Counted from the first letter of the stretch, positions 25,194-37,779 are shown. The stretch is 64,000 nucleotides of DNA from Lophium mytilinum (GCA_010093605.1 MU004189.1:999834-1063833); one strand, 5' to 3'. Notes: generated by a model not told the origin, from the letters alone. A program made the numbers and translations.

Positions 25194-25525
25194 CCTGAGG
25201 TCGCGGGGAGGCATCCCAAGCTCGATCTTAGCACTCCCTCTCAGTTTTTACGTTTCTACGTTTCCTTTACTTTTCCTCTGTTCAAAAAATCAACTTTGCG
25301 CCAGACGTAGGTTCTAAACAACCCTGTATAAGGGCCTATAGGCCGCGGTGAACGAACCCAGCTAGGATCTCGAGTATCCTCATTCGTGCCCCTGGCGGGC
25401 CTCCTACTATCGCGGAGTAGTGGACATTGACTCAGTCGGCTGTAGGCGGGTGATAGTTCCGGTGCCCGGTTGGCGACGGTGGTCAGACCATGAACGTTCG
25501 AGTAGGTGATTAAGACCGTGCAAAG
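25194..25525. ncRNA. Candidate structured non-coding RNA (family unknown)
   Basis: Intergenic run of consecutive stem-loops closed by ctttgcgc(25294)/gtgcaaag(25525). A T6 run directly follows the closing stem on the minus strand. No match to motifs I recognise for tRNA, U1-U6, SRP, RNase P or RNase MRP. Confidence 0.35.
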
Positions 25526-25966
25526 ATGTGGGTGGAGACTACGATGAGCTAGAGCGATGCGAGGAGGAAACAAGGATTCGAATTGGGCGCGGCTGAGGTA
25601 GGGTAGGTGTGATGGGCGGTGTGAGTGTCACTTTGGCTTACTGGTAGCTGCGGTGCTTCGAAGGTATGGGAGAGCTTAATATGAGATGTGGGCTGTGTGG
25701 GCGTGCAGGGCGTACAACTTTGATAGATGCAACTCTGCGAAAGCCTTACTCCCATAAATGCCCTTAAAGCACAGTGGAAGTGTGCGCGTACAACAGCTGT
25801 TCGAACTTGCAATTCAGCGTGCCTCCATGCTGGAAACTGGGGTATAAACCCCGTCTATAGAACCCCCAAACGCCACGCTAAGCCAGAGAGGAGAGAAATG
25901 CGGCGCTCCAAAAACCGCTCTAAAACATGAACCAGAAAAGTCCGACTCATCTTCCTCTAATCGAGC

Positions 25967-27165
25967 TTACAAAACATCATTCCGCTCCCACCCCGTGGGT
26001 TGGTGATGCTCCATCCCCTTCGTTGGATGCGGCTTGCTCTCATCCTTATACACGCTAGCGTACGGATTCGGATCATTCTTCTGATCCAGATTTCCGAGCG
26101 TGTGATTGACCTCCCTGTGCTTGGCCTCGTCTGCACGGATATAGTAGAGCAGGTCTCGCATCGTGCGGTGTCCCTCCGGCATCTTCCAGTACTCGACCGC
26201 GATGTCTGGCGCAATTGTCTTCTCCCACAACGGGAGGCGGCCGGCTTCGAGATCCGCGATTTCGCGCGTGTAGGTGATCACGGCTTCTTCCTCGATGTAG
26301 CCGACGAAGCGGTGCGCGGCGCGCGGCGAAATGAGGTAGGCGACGAAGAAGGCGTTGAAGAAGACGCCTTGGGCGCCGAGGACCATGAGGCGCATGAAGG
26401 GGCCTGGTTCGGCCATCTTTAGGAAGGTGAGGAGATGCATGCGCTCGTTGTAGGATTCTTCGAGGAGCGTTTCGATCCTGCAATATGAATTAGCTACTGT
26501 GCAAGCCTACCATATCAATCCAGTTAGCGTAGGACTATTCGACGTACCATCCATTATCTCGCTTCATCCTTCGCATGCTGTGCAGATGCCTGAGCATGCC
26601 CGCCACCATACCTGGCACGCCCGCAATGCTTTCGAGAAATATGTTACGGATCATGTATTTCTCCTCTGTCATACCGTATTTTGTTTGCGCGGCTGCGGCG
26701 TCTTTCTTAGCTAGCGCGACGGCTTTGTCGTGTTTGTAGCCGGAGACGGTGTCTAAGCCCCAGCGGGCGAAGCGTGCGAGCCCAAGGGCGCATTTATCAC
26801 TGAAGGTGGTGGCTTCGCGGTGGGCGATGGGGATAGCTGCCATCTGGTCGGGGGTGTAGCTGTAGGTGATCTTAGCTTGAGGTCTGAGAAGATGATGGAA
26901 TGGGATGGGATGCTCACATTGGATGTGGCCATGCTGCTGGAGTCTTCCGTACGCTCGGAGCCTCTGCTTCGGGAAAGAACTCTTTGATTCTGTGCTGTGG
27001 TGTTGTGGAGAAGTTGCGGTGGGAATTGGCCAAGCCATATTGGTGGACGACGATGAATGATGGTTGGAGGCCAATGCTTGTTGAAGAAGTAAGAGTCTTC
27101 AAGACCCGAGCGCCTGTCTGTTTAGACGCCAGGGAAGTGCGTGTTGCTGTACGTGTGGACAGCAT
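25967..27165 (-). CDS. aoxA: Mitochondrial alternative oxidase
   Basis: Three exons. [61 protein letters not shown] and [13 protein letters not shown] carry the diiron ligands. N-terminal presequence [10 protein letters not shown]. Confidence 0.97.
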
Positions 27166-28073
27166 TGGGTAGACAAGAGTTGAGAGTGACGATGGAGACA
27201 GAAAGTGAAGCAAGGGAAACGTCAGCAATGAAGGCTGAACGGTATGTTCTTTTGTATTAAGGTGAGACACGAAAGGCTTTGAAGAGGCAAAAAGGGACTG
27301 AGGCATCGACGAGCCGTCTTTATACTCTTACGCAGACGTCAGCCATACCGACGCGATCCTACATTGATCAGTGAATTCCCGCGACGGGGTCTTCACGTTG
27401 ACTCAGCGCCATACGGCATCAATGCCGTTTCGTCCCCTGTCTACAGGAATTGGCAGCTAATCAGGCTAATCATGTTGGCTTCAGTGCTTATGTCCCGTCT
27501 GAATTGGACGCTTGTCGAGATTTGCAGACGGCGATGAAGGCTCCAAAGAGTGGACCGCGGTCAGTTGACGCGCTGGTCGTGGCTCAGCGCGAGGCGACAC
27601 GAAGAGAGACCGGAGCTGTACTACTTTTGCATTGCAGGTGACTGTGTTTTTGAATCCTTTATTAGGCCAGAATAAGCATGCTCGTCTTTAACTGATAAAA
27701 ACGGCAAAGGGCAAAAGGACCCACGTAAAGCGTCCCACGCTACCGTCCCGTCTGATTATCGTGCTCGCTTGCGCTCCAGGCTCGGTGTCTCGGTCATCCA
27801 TCCCACGACACTCGCCGACGCCAATGCGGCATTCCGACCCTCACAGGGCTGAGGAGCATAGCGGATGCCGTGGAGAAGCCTTTTGCATCTTGTAATCATG
27901 GACCTTCTTATCCTCAGCTGGCCCAGTGGCGCCGCAGTGTAGCATTGACATCGCATACTCTTCAACCTGCTAATCTGTAAACTAACCCAGCTTCAGCTCT
28001 CGAAATCTATTCTTATCGCGATACGAATGCCTCAGCCATAACAGTCATCCTCAGTTTTTGCTTCTCCGGAACC

Positions 28074-28693
28074 ATGTCTACAGACGACAAAGAAGTCGAG
28101 GTCCGCACGAAGCGTCTGCTCATTCGCCCGCTGCGACTCGAAGATGCTGACGATGTTTTTCTCATGCGCTCAAACCCAGAGGTGATGAGATTCACGTTCG
28201 TGGCCCTCCAAACCAGTACAACTCAATCGCTGACCCAAAATTCAGGTCCGCTTTAGCCTCTACAGACGTCCAAAAGTCTAGAGACTGGGTCTCGGACTGC
28301 ATCACCCGTCCCAACTGCCACAACTTCTCCATAGAGCTGCTTCCCTCCGCTGCATCCTCCCAAGATGAGACTTCCACACCCGCACCGCGAGTCATTGGCG
28401 TCATTGGAGCCATGCGAACACCAGAAGTAGGGTACATGATCAACACGGAATATTGGGGGAAGGGATACGCTTCAGAGGCCCTACAGGGCTACATGCCGAT
28501 TTTCTTCGACCACTACTCTGGCAAGGAAAGACACGACTATGCGAGTGCGCTTGTAGATACGACACACACTCCTAGTCGGAGAGTACTAGAGAAAGCCGGC
28601 TTCAAGCTCTCAGAGATTCGAGAAGGCGACTTCAAGAGTCCAACGCAGGGAATACGAGATACTTGTATTTATCGAATGGCAAGGCCAGAATAG
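28074..28693 (+). CDS. GNAT N-acetyltransferase (RimJ/RimL family)
   Basis: RTKRLLIRPL. Intron 28196-28245 restores the frame. EVGYMINTEYWGKGYASEAL and SRRVLEKAGF. Confidence 0.9.
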
Positions 28694-28837
28694 ATTTGTA
28701 TATCCAATAGATTCTAGCTGCAGTAAAGCATTGATCAAGGGTATTCGCCGCATGGACGCTAAAGCGTGCGCTATAGGGGCTTTATGGGATAAATTCAGAG
28801 CTATATGACAACCGCTTAGGGCGAGCTATCAGCACGG

Positions 28838-28992
28838 CACGTGACACTTGCGATGGGTCTCTCGGGAAAGTCAGACCTTGTAGGTTACTTGAAGCTGACT
28901 CCTATAATTACTTAGGGATCCACATCCTAATGCAAACCCAATTATTGTGGCAAGGCTCGGTCTTGGAGGTTTGTTTATCAAGTGCACGTGAC
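28838..28992. promoter_or_regulatory. Two CACGTGAC (Cbf1/bHLH-type) sites upstream of the methionine-permease-like gene
   Basis: CACGTGAC at 28838-28845 and 28985-28992. TCACGTG is the Cbf1 element of yeast sulfur-regulon promoters. Confidence 0.4.
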
Positions 28993-29421
28993 TGGGGCGC
29001 CATCTGATCCCCACCTCAACGACACGAGGTGTTGTCATCAGCACCATCAAGTTGCCCTATATGAACCCGGCTCAAGATCAGATAGAACCATTCAGGCAAC
29101 TCCCTTTGGCAATCTTGATAAGCTCCAACCATGTTTACGACGATTCAGGCAGGACAGCCTCGCGCAAGTTCAAGGGTAGATGGCGTGCGAGCGCGTCTTC
29201 CAGCGAACGCGTTTCACAAGGCTCCAAAGCTGTGAGACATGTCAAAGTCACATTCCCCTTGGTAATCATGCGCCTTTCGTGCCTGTAGGCCTCCATGCCG
29301 AATTCACACCTCAGTCTCCCCAATATACTCCCTTTTCTCCTTCGTCGTTTGTTTCCATCTACCTCAACCCAGCTCGAATGATACCCGTCACTGCCGTGGA
29401 ACCCCGGACCCTTCACCGATC

Positions 29422-31174
29422 ATGCCTCGGACACCTCAGCACGAAGATGAGGGCGAACATCAGGCCCTCCTGCGATCAATCCCGCCTTCACTCTCATCAT
29501 CGGTGAAGAGCCCAGGTCTCAGCTCAGATTCGGACGATGAATCCCTCGGCGAAGTCGAAGTTTTGCGGGCCATCGAGTCTGATGTGCTGCAAGAGACAGC
29601 AACATATGGCAGGAATCTCAACTGGTGGAGCGCATACATTCTCATTATGTCGCGAGTGATCGGGAGCGGCATATTTGCGACGCCGGGCTCCATCGCAAAA
29701 TCCGTCGGGAGTGTTGGCTTGACCCTGCTCTTGTGGGTCGTTGGCGCCATAATCTCAGCATGCGGTCTTGCCATTACAATGGAATATGGATGCATGCTGC
29801 CTCGGTCTGGGGGTGAGAAGGTCTATCTGGAGTTTACATATCGCCATCCACGGTTTTTGGCATCTACTCTGGTGGCATTTCAAGCTGTTGTTCTCGGCTT
29901 TACCGCAAGTAATTGCATCGTCTTTGGAGAATATGTATTATTTGCTTTGGATATTGAACCCACGGCATTCTCGCAGAAGGCCCTGGCTGTAGGTCTCCTC
30001 ACTGTCATCACCATCATCCATGGCTGTTTCCTGAAGACCGGAATATTCATTCAAAACGCTCTGGGCTCAGTCAAGATAGCTTTGTGTGTTTTCATGGGCT
30101 TCACAGGATTGTACGTGGTCGTATTTCGACCAAACACCGCTTCCGGGGCTCCTCCGAACACGGAAATCTTCGCGTGGGACAATCTGTGGAAAGACTCGAA
30201 CTGGAGCTGGGGAATCTTGTCGACCGCCTTGTTCAAGGTCTTTTACTCGTACGCTGGACTAGATAATGTCAACAACGTACTCAACGAAGTCAAAAACCCA
30301 GTCCGGACCCTGAAGACGGTTGGTCCTGCGGCTCTGTTTAGCGCTTGTCTCCTCTATCTACTCGTAAATGTTGCGTATTTCGTCATTGTACCAATAGAAG
30401 AGCTGAAGGAGAGCCGCGAGTTGGTTGCTGCGTTATTCTTCGAGAAGGTATTTGGGCAAGGGTTCGGGAAGACGGTTCTCCCACTTGCCATTGCCATTTC
30501 TGGGGCAGGTAATGTAATGGTCGTCACGTATGCACTAGTGAGTCTATGTTTGAGCGGTCGCTACCTGTGTACTGATTTTGCAACTAGGCCCGCGTCAACC
30601 AAGAAATTGCCCGCCAGGGCTTTCTCCCTTATGCAAGCATATTGGCCTCATCCCGACCATTCAATGCTCCACTCGGCGGTCTACTCGTGCACTATATTCC
30701 ATCGTTGCTAGTCATCGCTTTACCCCCACCAGGCGATGTCTACACCTTCATTCTTGACGTGGAAGGATATCCCGGACAATTCTTTGCCCTCGCGAGCTCC
30801 GTCGGTGTTTTATTACTTAGGTACCGGCGACCTGACCTGAAAAGGCCCTTCAAAGCCTGGATTCCGGCCGTGCTCTTGAGAATTGCGTTATGCTTGGCAC
30901 TTATAACCGCCCCTTTTTTCCCGCCAGAGGGATGGCAAGGCGATGTAGATTTCTTTTACGCAACCTATGCGATTGTTGGCATTGGCATGTATGCATTTCT
31001 ACCCCTCTCAAGTCATTACCAGCTAACTCAGATAGTCTCGTTTTCGCTGTTTTGTATTGGTATATCTGGACCGTTGCTCTTCCTCGCTGGCGAGGATATA
31101 CTCTTGAAGAAAAGGTGGAAATTCTTCCGGACGGTACCAGCATCACGAAGCTCGTTCATATCACCCCGCTGTAA
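29422..31174 (+). CDS. MUP1: APC/LAT-family amino acid permease, high-affinity methionine permease-like
   Basis: IGSGIFATPG, EYGCMLPRSGGEKVYLEF, YSYAGLDNVNNVLNEVKNP and RRPDLKRPFKAW, with multiple TM segments. Introns 30538-30587 and ~30988-31035. Confidence 0.88.
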
Positions 31175-31711
31175 GATTTAGCTGTTCTAATTTAATGAAT
31201 GGGCCTCTCCCGACGCAATGATTTCTTGGGACAGCTTCCTATTCCACATTTATTCCTCATCTGGGGCTTTACAGGATCTTGAGCATTTCATATCTGCATT
31301 TCAACCTGCAGAATGCCCATCAATATCAGGACGCGTAGCCACGTCTGAAATGTCGTGTGTCGTACGCTTGCTGAAGATTAATAATGCATACCTATCTATA
31401 CACCCACTCCTATCCTATCGATTAGAGATTACTCTACATCATGCTATGTGCAGACGATCGCATGGATAACGGCAACTAGTCTATGCTGTACGCGGCGCAT
31501 TTCTCAGCAATCCGATCATTCTTTATTGCCCATCGCCTGTACGAATTGCGTGATGGGGTATCTGACAAATTACCCCGCGCTGATGTTTGTAGGAAGGGCG
31601 GCATGAAGTCATATATAAACAACAACAACGCCTATCTACATTATCATCATCACTGATACCACCCGGTTGCAACCAACTCACCTACTTCAACTTCAATATC
31701 TAGTAACCAAC

Positions 31712-32685
31712 ATGGCATCAGCCGCCGTTTCTTCCACCACAGGCCACGGCCCCGCCTTCACCTCCGCACCCACCCCAGTCCTCACCTCATCCGCCACCAA
31801 GCCTAACAACACGCCCAAGCACGTCCAAACTACACTCCACTACTACAAAGACCCCGGCGATGGCTCTGCCCCAGCACCAAGCTACGTGGGCCGCGCCGAA
31901 ACCTTCGAACGCCCCTCGGAAGCCCTCGACGTTACCATTACCGACGTCCGCGGAAACGAGGACAAATACACCTTGGACGGCAACGGCTTCCAGATCTACC
32001 CCCACGTCTCCGCCGAGACAGACTTCATCGACGACGACAAGCTGAAGGCGGAGTACTACCCCGAAACCGAACAACTCCTAAAAGACGCGTATGTCCCCTG
32101 TAACCCCTTACTCAAACCAGAGATTGAGGTAGATGCTGACATGACACCAGCACCGGCGCTACTCGCATCTTTATCTTCGACCACACAATCCGCCGCCCCC
32201 CTTCCCCCGGCGCGCCCGCCAACGCCCTTCGCGGCCCCGTGAACCGCGTGCACATCGACCAGTCCTACACCGCTGCCGCTTCTCGCGTGCCGCACCACCT
32301 CCCCGAGGAAGCCCCTGAGCTTTTGAAGAAGCGCTTCCAGATCATCAACGTCTGGCGCCCGATCAAGACGATCCGCCGCGACCCGCTCGCGGTGGCCGAT
32401 GCGCACTCGGTCGAGGAGAAGGACTTGGTCGGCGCGGCGCTGATCTACCCGACGCGCAAGGGGGAGACGTTCGCCGTGAAGCCGAACCCGGGGCATCGGT
32501 GGTTCTATAAGAGCGAGCTGAGTCCGCAAGAGGTGATTTTAATTAAGTGTTTTGACTCTTTTGGGGAGAAGGGTGGGGAGGGAGAGGGGATTGCGAGGAG
32601 GGTGCCGCATACGGCGTTTGAGATTCCGGGGCAGGAGGGAGAGGGGCGGGAGAGTATTGAGGTTAGGGCGCTTGTGTTCTATTAG
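31712..32685 (+). CDS. AsaB/CmcJ/GA4-desaturase-like non-heme iron oxygenase
   Basis: YTLDGNGFQ, YYPETEQLLK, intron 32089-32150, then FDHTIR, VHIDQS, RFQIINVWRPI..DPLAVAD, PHTAF and RESIEVRALV. Confidence 0.88.
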
Positions 32686-33129
32686 GAGCTGATTAGGGGG
32701 TCGGGCGGTAATGTAGAGGGATAATCGTGATGAGTTGATGTGAGGATTGCATCTTGCTTGGATTTCCTCTACTTCACATGGCATCAAAACGTTCTACACA
32801 TTCTTGAAAAGAGATCCACGACTGTGAGGTTGAATGATCGTATGCACAGATCTGATGAGATATTGCTGTCCAGGGTGGAGTTGGTGAGGCCGTGAAGTCA
32901 GCGCGTGATCACGCGGAGTCGCTCTTTCCTTCCTTCCATGTCAAGTCCTTCGAAGTTTCTTTTCTCTCCCACTCCACTTCACTTTCGCCGTCACCTTATC
33001 ATTGCGTCTCGATCCCATCGTGACGCTATTTCGGCATCCTCTAAGTATGCATCTCAAGCTCGACATTGGTTTTATACTCACCCGTTTCGCAGGTCGAGAA
33101 TCACCTGCCCGCCCGCTCTACTGCTCACC

Positions 33130-34266
33130 ATGCCGACTAGAGGCGGAAAGAAGCAGAATCGAAGCAAGAAGCAGGATGTGGGCCATAAGGGCTCTGGAGG
33201 CTGGAAAGAGGTTAGTTCCAATCCACCACGGTGTCCCTGTCGATGATTCCGCTACTGACATTGAGCAACACAGTGGCCTGCCCACATGGTCGCAGGCTTC
33301 CTGACCGCCTCCCAAGTCACCGAAGCCTTCCGATCCGTTCACAAAGCCAACGGTCTCGACATGCCTGGCAGCTTCCACTACGGAAAGATCGCTATCTTGA
33401 TTCCGTCGGCCCAAAAGACTTGGGTTGAAGGTTGTCGCTTAGAAGACCCAAAGCGGATGGCCAAAGTTGAGAAGGCCTGGTTGCAGTACAAGAAGGAGTA
33501 CAAGGGTGACGAGAAGCTTGTTGACCTCATGAACTACTCGCTTCTCTGGGAGGATATTGAGTTGGAGCTGGAGAAAGAGAACTGGACTGAAGAGGAGAAG
33601 TTCCAGGATCAGCTGAGAATGGCGTCAGACGTCAGGAGGGATGGTGCGGAGAGTGTGAAGGTTCCTGGAGTCAAAGAGGGCAAGCGCCAGGTTTGTAATA
33701 CCCAATTCCCAATGAATTCGAGCTGCAAACACTGACAGCATTAGCTCGTTCTCTCCTACTGGAATGCCGAAGGCCTAGGCGCCTTCATCACCTTTGCCCG
33801 CTTGCATGAGAAGGAATCCCTTACCTTGAGCCACCTCGAGCAGCGTGGACCCGCTGCCATGCTCAGCGCAGAAGTGCAGCAAAACCACGTCACCAAGTAC
33901 TACGATAGCTTGGCTTTCGACAAGAAGAAGGAAAAAAACTTCGATGCTAAGTTCCTCCTGTTTAGCGAGTCTCTGAATGAAGGCGAGCTTTTCGACAAGA
34001 ACGTCTTTGTGGTTTGGTGGGAGAAGATTGAGGGGGAATGGCGTGAGATGGAGGAAGCCAAGCAGGGCGGCGAGGAAGACGTCTTGCGGGCTATGATAAA
34101 GACGTCGACTAGGCTTACCAGTCCTGATCTCAGCGACGTCCAGGTAGATGTCCTTGCAAAGGTCATCTCTGATGGGATGGTCAAGTTGTTCAGGGAGCAA
34201 GCAGGTGAAGGTGAGGCTCTCTTCGATTCCGCATTCATGGCGGAGAAGGGTGACAAAAAGGTTTAG
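33130..34266 (+). CDS. Hypothetical protein (3 exons)
   Basis: Canonical introns ~33211-33273 (GTTAGT..CTGAC..CAG) and 33691-33743 (GTTTGT..CTGAC..TAG) join three open frames into one acidic ~340-aa protein. Confidence 0.65.
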
Positions 34267-34824
34267 TCCGCAAATGACCCAGACAGAGCTTCTCCGCACA
34301 GGATGGACTGTTCACGAACAGTGTCATGATGCCTTTCATGTATCTACTTATCTGCGATGTCTGGAGCGGTAAGCATGTAGCTAGTTCAGAGAATACGATA
34401 TGCTTGAGATCTCTGTAAACTTTCTTGCCCTCCTATCCGGATTCTAAGTTCTTCTTTTAGTCAGTTCTTCTGTAGTTAGTTCTTCTTGTAATCAGTTCTG
34501 ACCTTGCTTCCGGATCTCTGATAGGTCGATGAGGTGCACACAAGCCGATCAGAAACGGTTAGGACTGCTCCAATCTGCGATGACTTGGTGTAAATCTTAT
34601 TCAATTTTATGACGATGCGACGAGGGACCTCAGGTAGCGGCGTGGAAGATTTTACAGTGGCAGGCCATAGTTCTCTGCACACTCGGTTGCCACAGGCAGG
34701 AGTGCCCCCATGGGGAGACCACAACATAGGCGTTCTGTCAAGTTTTAGACCGCGTAATCTGAGCGTCCTCTTGACCAAGAGGTACCCTTGCGATGGGGCC
34801 GCCCTTGACAGCAGGTGGTGTCTA

Positions 34825-37214
34825 TCAACTCCTCCCTTGTCTCATATCAAACCTCCGCCCCCCTTCAACTGTCAACCCGGACTTCTCCATCTTCCCCGTC
34901 GGCGTCCTCCTCACCTCGGCCACAAACTCAATCACACTCGGCACCTGAAACCGCGCCATATTCCGCACCGCCCACAGCCACAGCGCCTCCTCATCAACCT
35001 TGCTCCCTGATCTGACCTGCACAGCAACCTTAACATCCTGCTCCGTCCCCTCGCCTAGTTGCGACTGAATCCTATACGCCACGGCCAGAACAACGTCTGG
35101 ATGCTGCATCAGCTCCTCCTCCACCTCGGCCGCATTGACATTCTCGCCTCGGCGGCGAATGACATGCTTGACTCGGCCCATGAAGTAGACGTTCCCATCC
35201 GCATCAACTTTCGCCAGATTACCCGCATGCAGCCATAGCCCCTTAAACGCAGCAGCGGTGCTACCAACATCCTCGAAAAAGCCCTGGAAGAACGCATTCG
35301 GCGCATCCGCTCTCAGCAAGAGGTGTCCTACCGTCTCCGGCGGGACCTCTTCATCCCCATCATCCGCAATGCGGAGCTGATACCCTTGCCGTACCCGGCC
35401 GCACGAGCCCGGGGGTAGCACGCCATCTTGGAAGATGGGCAGACTCGCTTCGACGCTGCCATACAGCGTCACCAGTGGATGGCCGAAGCGCGCTTCGTAC
35501 TGTTTCGCAAAAGACGGTACGGGGACGCCCCACGCGAGCCGCACCGAGTGGTCGCGATCGCGGGGGCTGGCGGGCTGCTTGTACGTTAGGGCCAGCGTAG
35601 CGCCCATGAAGTCGTAGACGGTAGCGTTTGCGGCGCGGAGCTCGTCCCAAAAGCCGCTGGCGCTGAAGCGGCGGAAAGGGCTGCGACGGCGCCGAGTAGG
35701 AGCGCGGGGATAATCGTGAGCGCTGTCGCGTCGGCGTGGAACATGGGGAATGGGCTGTAGAGAACGTCGTCGCGGCAGAGGCCGCATCCGTCGATCAGCG
35801 CTTGGGCTTGTAGGATGAAGTACTCGTGGGAAAGCACGCAGGGTTTCGATTTCCCCGTGGTCCCGCTTGTAAAGAGGAACGCGGCCGTGGTTGCAGGTGT
35901 GACTTTGACGGGGGTTCTGAGGGAGTGGTTGGCGCTGAGGAGATGGGAGAATGGTTGAAGGGCCGGGTCGTCGGCTTCTCCTTTGACGTAGATGGAACCA
36001 GAGGGAAGCACACCTATCGCCGTGAACTCAGCCATTGTTTCGCTGTCGACGATCGCCAGCTTCGGATCCGCAGCCTTAACAACGTGCCTTAGAGTAACAG
36101 ACTTTAGATTAACGTTGATCGGTACCCATACAGCCCCGAGTTAATTCGTTGCTATGCAAGAGAGGGCCATCTCAACAGAGTTGCGCATCATAACTAGAAC
36201 TCTATCGTTCCGCGAGACTCCCACTTGCTATAATCCTCCGGCCAGCCTTTAGACTGTACTGTCGAGCTGTTCAAAAGTAGTATCTTGGCCGGCGAAGTAG
36301 AAGAAGGTTCGCTTGGGGAAAGCTGTGAGGGCATAGGCAAAAGCAGTATTAATATCTCCAATGGGAGGATGGTCGGCATTTTTCCTCAAGCTTGAAATGT
36401 TGACGGCGGCGTCTCCATTAGCGACGACAGGAGCTCTGCTATTGCTTGCTGATGGGCCTATCCTCGCCGCGAAATCCGAGAATGCCTTTGCCGCATCGCT
36501 CTGAGCAAAACAGTAGCTCGCCACATTGACCTCGTCCTGCAGGCAAGCTTCCCTGTTGGTGAACGTAACTCTTTCCAGTGACGTCTTGGGAGAAGACATT
36601 GCAATAGCTGGGAGCTTTGCCAACTCAAAAGCAAGTTCCATTGCTCTTTGCTTCGGATCGTCGCTGACTTCGTTGACCATGCCCAGCCTTAGCGCCTCGT
36701 TTGCGTCCACCCATCTACCTGTGAGAAGCAACTCCTTAGGCTTTAGAAGACCGACAAGTTGCACGAGACGTAGACTAATTCCACCCGTCACGGCATGTCC
36801 GAGCGTAACCTCTGGAAAACGGAACCGGGCCCCAGGCCCTCCGATGACGAAGTCGGCAGCGAGAGCAATTTCAGCGCCTCCACCAATTGCAAAACGATGC
36901 ACGGCGACGATGACGATAGCTCGGGAGGATGAAGTCAGGCGGGTGATTTCTTGAAGCCCGTGGAAGGCCTCTCTCAGCTCCTGGGCAGATCCAGTCTTTG
37001 GCGCCAGCGTTTGCTTCAGGTCTTCTCCAGCGCAGAATAATCGGTCGCCTGCGCCTACCAACACGATGACGCCACTGTGTTGATGGGCCTGCAGTGCCTC
37101 GACGACTTCTTGGAGTAGGTTGACGCTGATTGCGTTCATGGCCTTGGCGCGGTTCAAGTTAATTTTGACGACGCCATCCTTGGGGTATTCGACGAGGATT
37201 GGAGGCTGCGTCAT
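34825..37214 (-). pseudogene. Enoyl-CoA hydratase::acyl-CoA ligase (CaiC-like) fusion, disrupted
   Basis: Crotonase motifs LNRAKAMNAI, FCAGEDLK, AIGGGAEIALAAD and FPEVTLG continue in frame into an adenylate-forming domain (FTSGTTGKSK, LYGSVE, RRRGENV, TPTGK). In-frame stops at 36251, 36230 and 36143, and a frameshift near 35673. No introns. Confidence 0.85.
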
Positions 37215-37779
37215 CGTACTGTGAGCAATGGCAATGGGATAGCTGGTTGTTCAAAGGTAAGAAGATAAGATGAAGCATGTACAATATTTGGCTGAAGCCG
37301 ACTTAAAGTACGCGAATAGCGGTGCTCTCACGAACTGTTTTTGAGGCCCCTGGGGGCTCGAGCTAAGCCCAAAAGAAAAAAAGTGGAAACTTATCCCGAG
37401 TAGCATTAGGCTAGCTAGTATCCTGCGTGGGCGTAAGATACTTCCGTTGCTCCCATCACCTATCGGACGAGATGATGACCGTTGCGCCTGAAACTTATCG
37501 GCAAGTTGCACACTTGCGCCCTTTGGACTAAACTTCGATGTCTGTCGGCCTAATTGATTCGTGGATGAAATGATGAAAGTCTCTGCAAGTCCTACGGAGC
37601 GTTGATCAAGACGGGAGACAGCTCAATATGGTTTGGTGGAGAAGGACTGAAGGTATAACAGGACATATGCACTAAATCCATGCCTTGATTTCGCCGTTTT
37701 TTTCAACCTTTCAGACCAGAATCCGACCAAACTCGTTTTGGACAAAATCAGGCATTGACTCAACGCGGGGATCCAAGCA

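Noticed and set aside
25186..25200. TTAACCCTGA as a telomerase RNA template
   Set aside because: It gives only TAACCCT rather than the TAACCCTAA expected for TTAGGG telomeres. I could not identify a convincing pseudoknot or CR4/5 domain.
17939..27165. Alcohol oxidase + frataxin-like + alternative oxidase as a redox gene cluster
   Set aside because: The products act in different compartments and the genes are separated by long spacers with a TE relic. There is no sequence evidence of co-regulation, so adjacency alone is insufficient.
27300..27750. AOD2/AOD5 CGG-N7-CGG induction motif upstream of alternative oxidase
   Set aside because: No exact match found by eye. There is only an inverted acggcatcaatgccgt palindrome at ~27413-27428, of unknown meaning.
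36249..37214. 4-chlorobenzoyl-CoA dehalogenase assignment for the crotonase domain
   Set aside because: It lacks the catalytic Asp (GHAVT at the GIGND-equivalent position) and keeps the two hydratase Glu residues.
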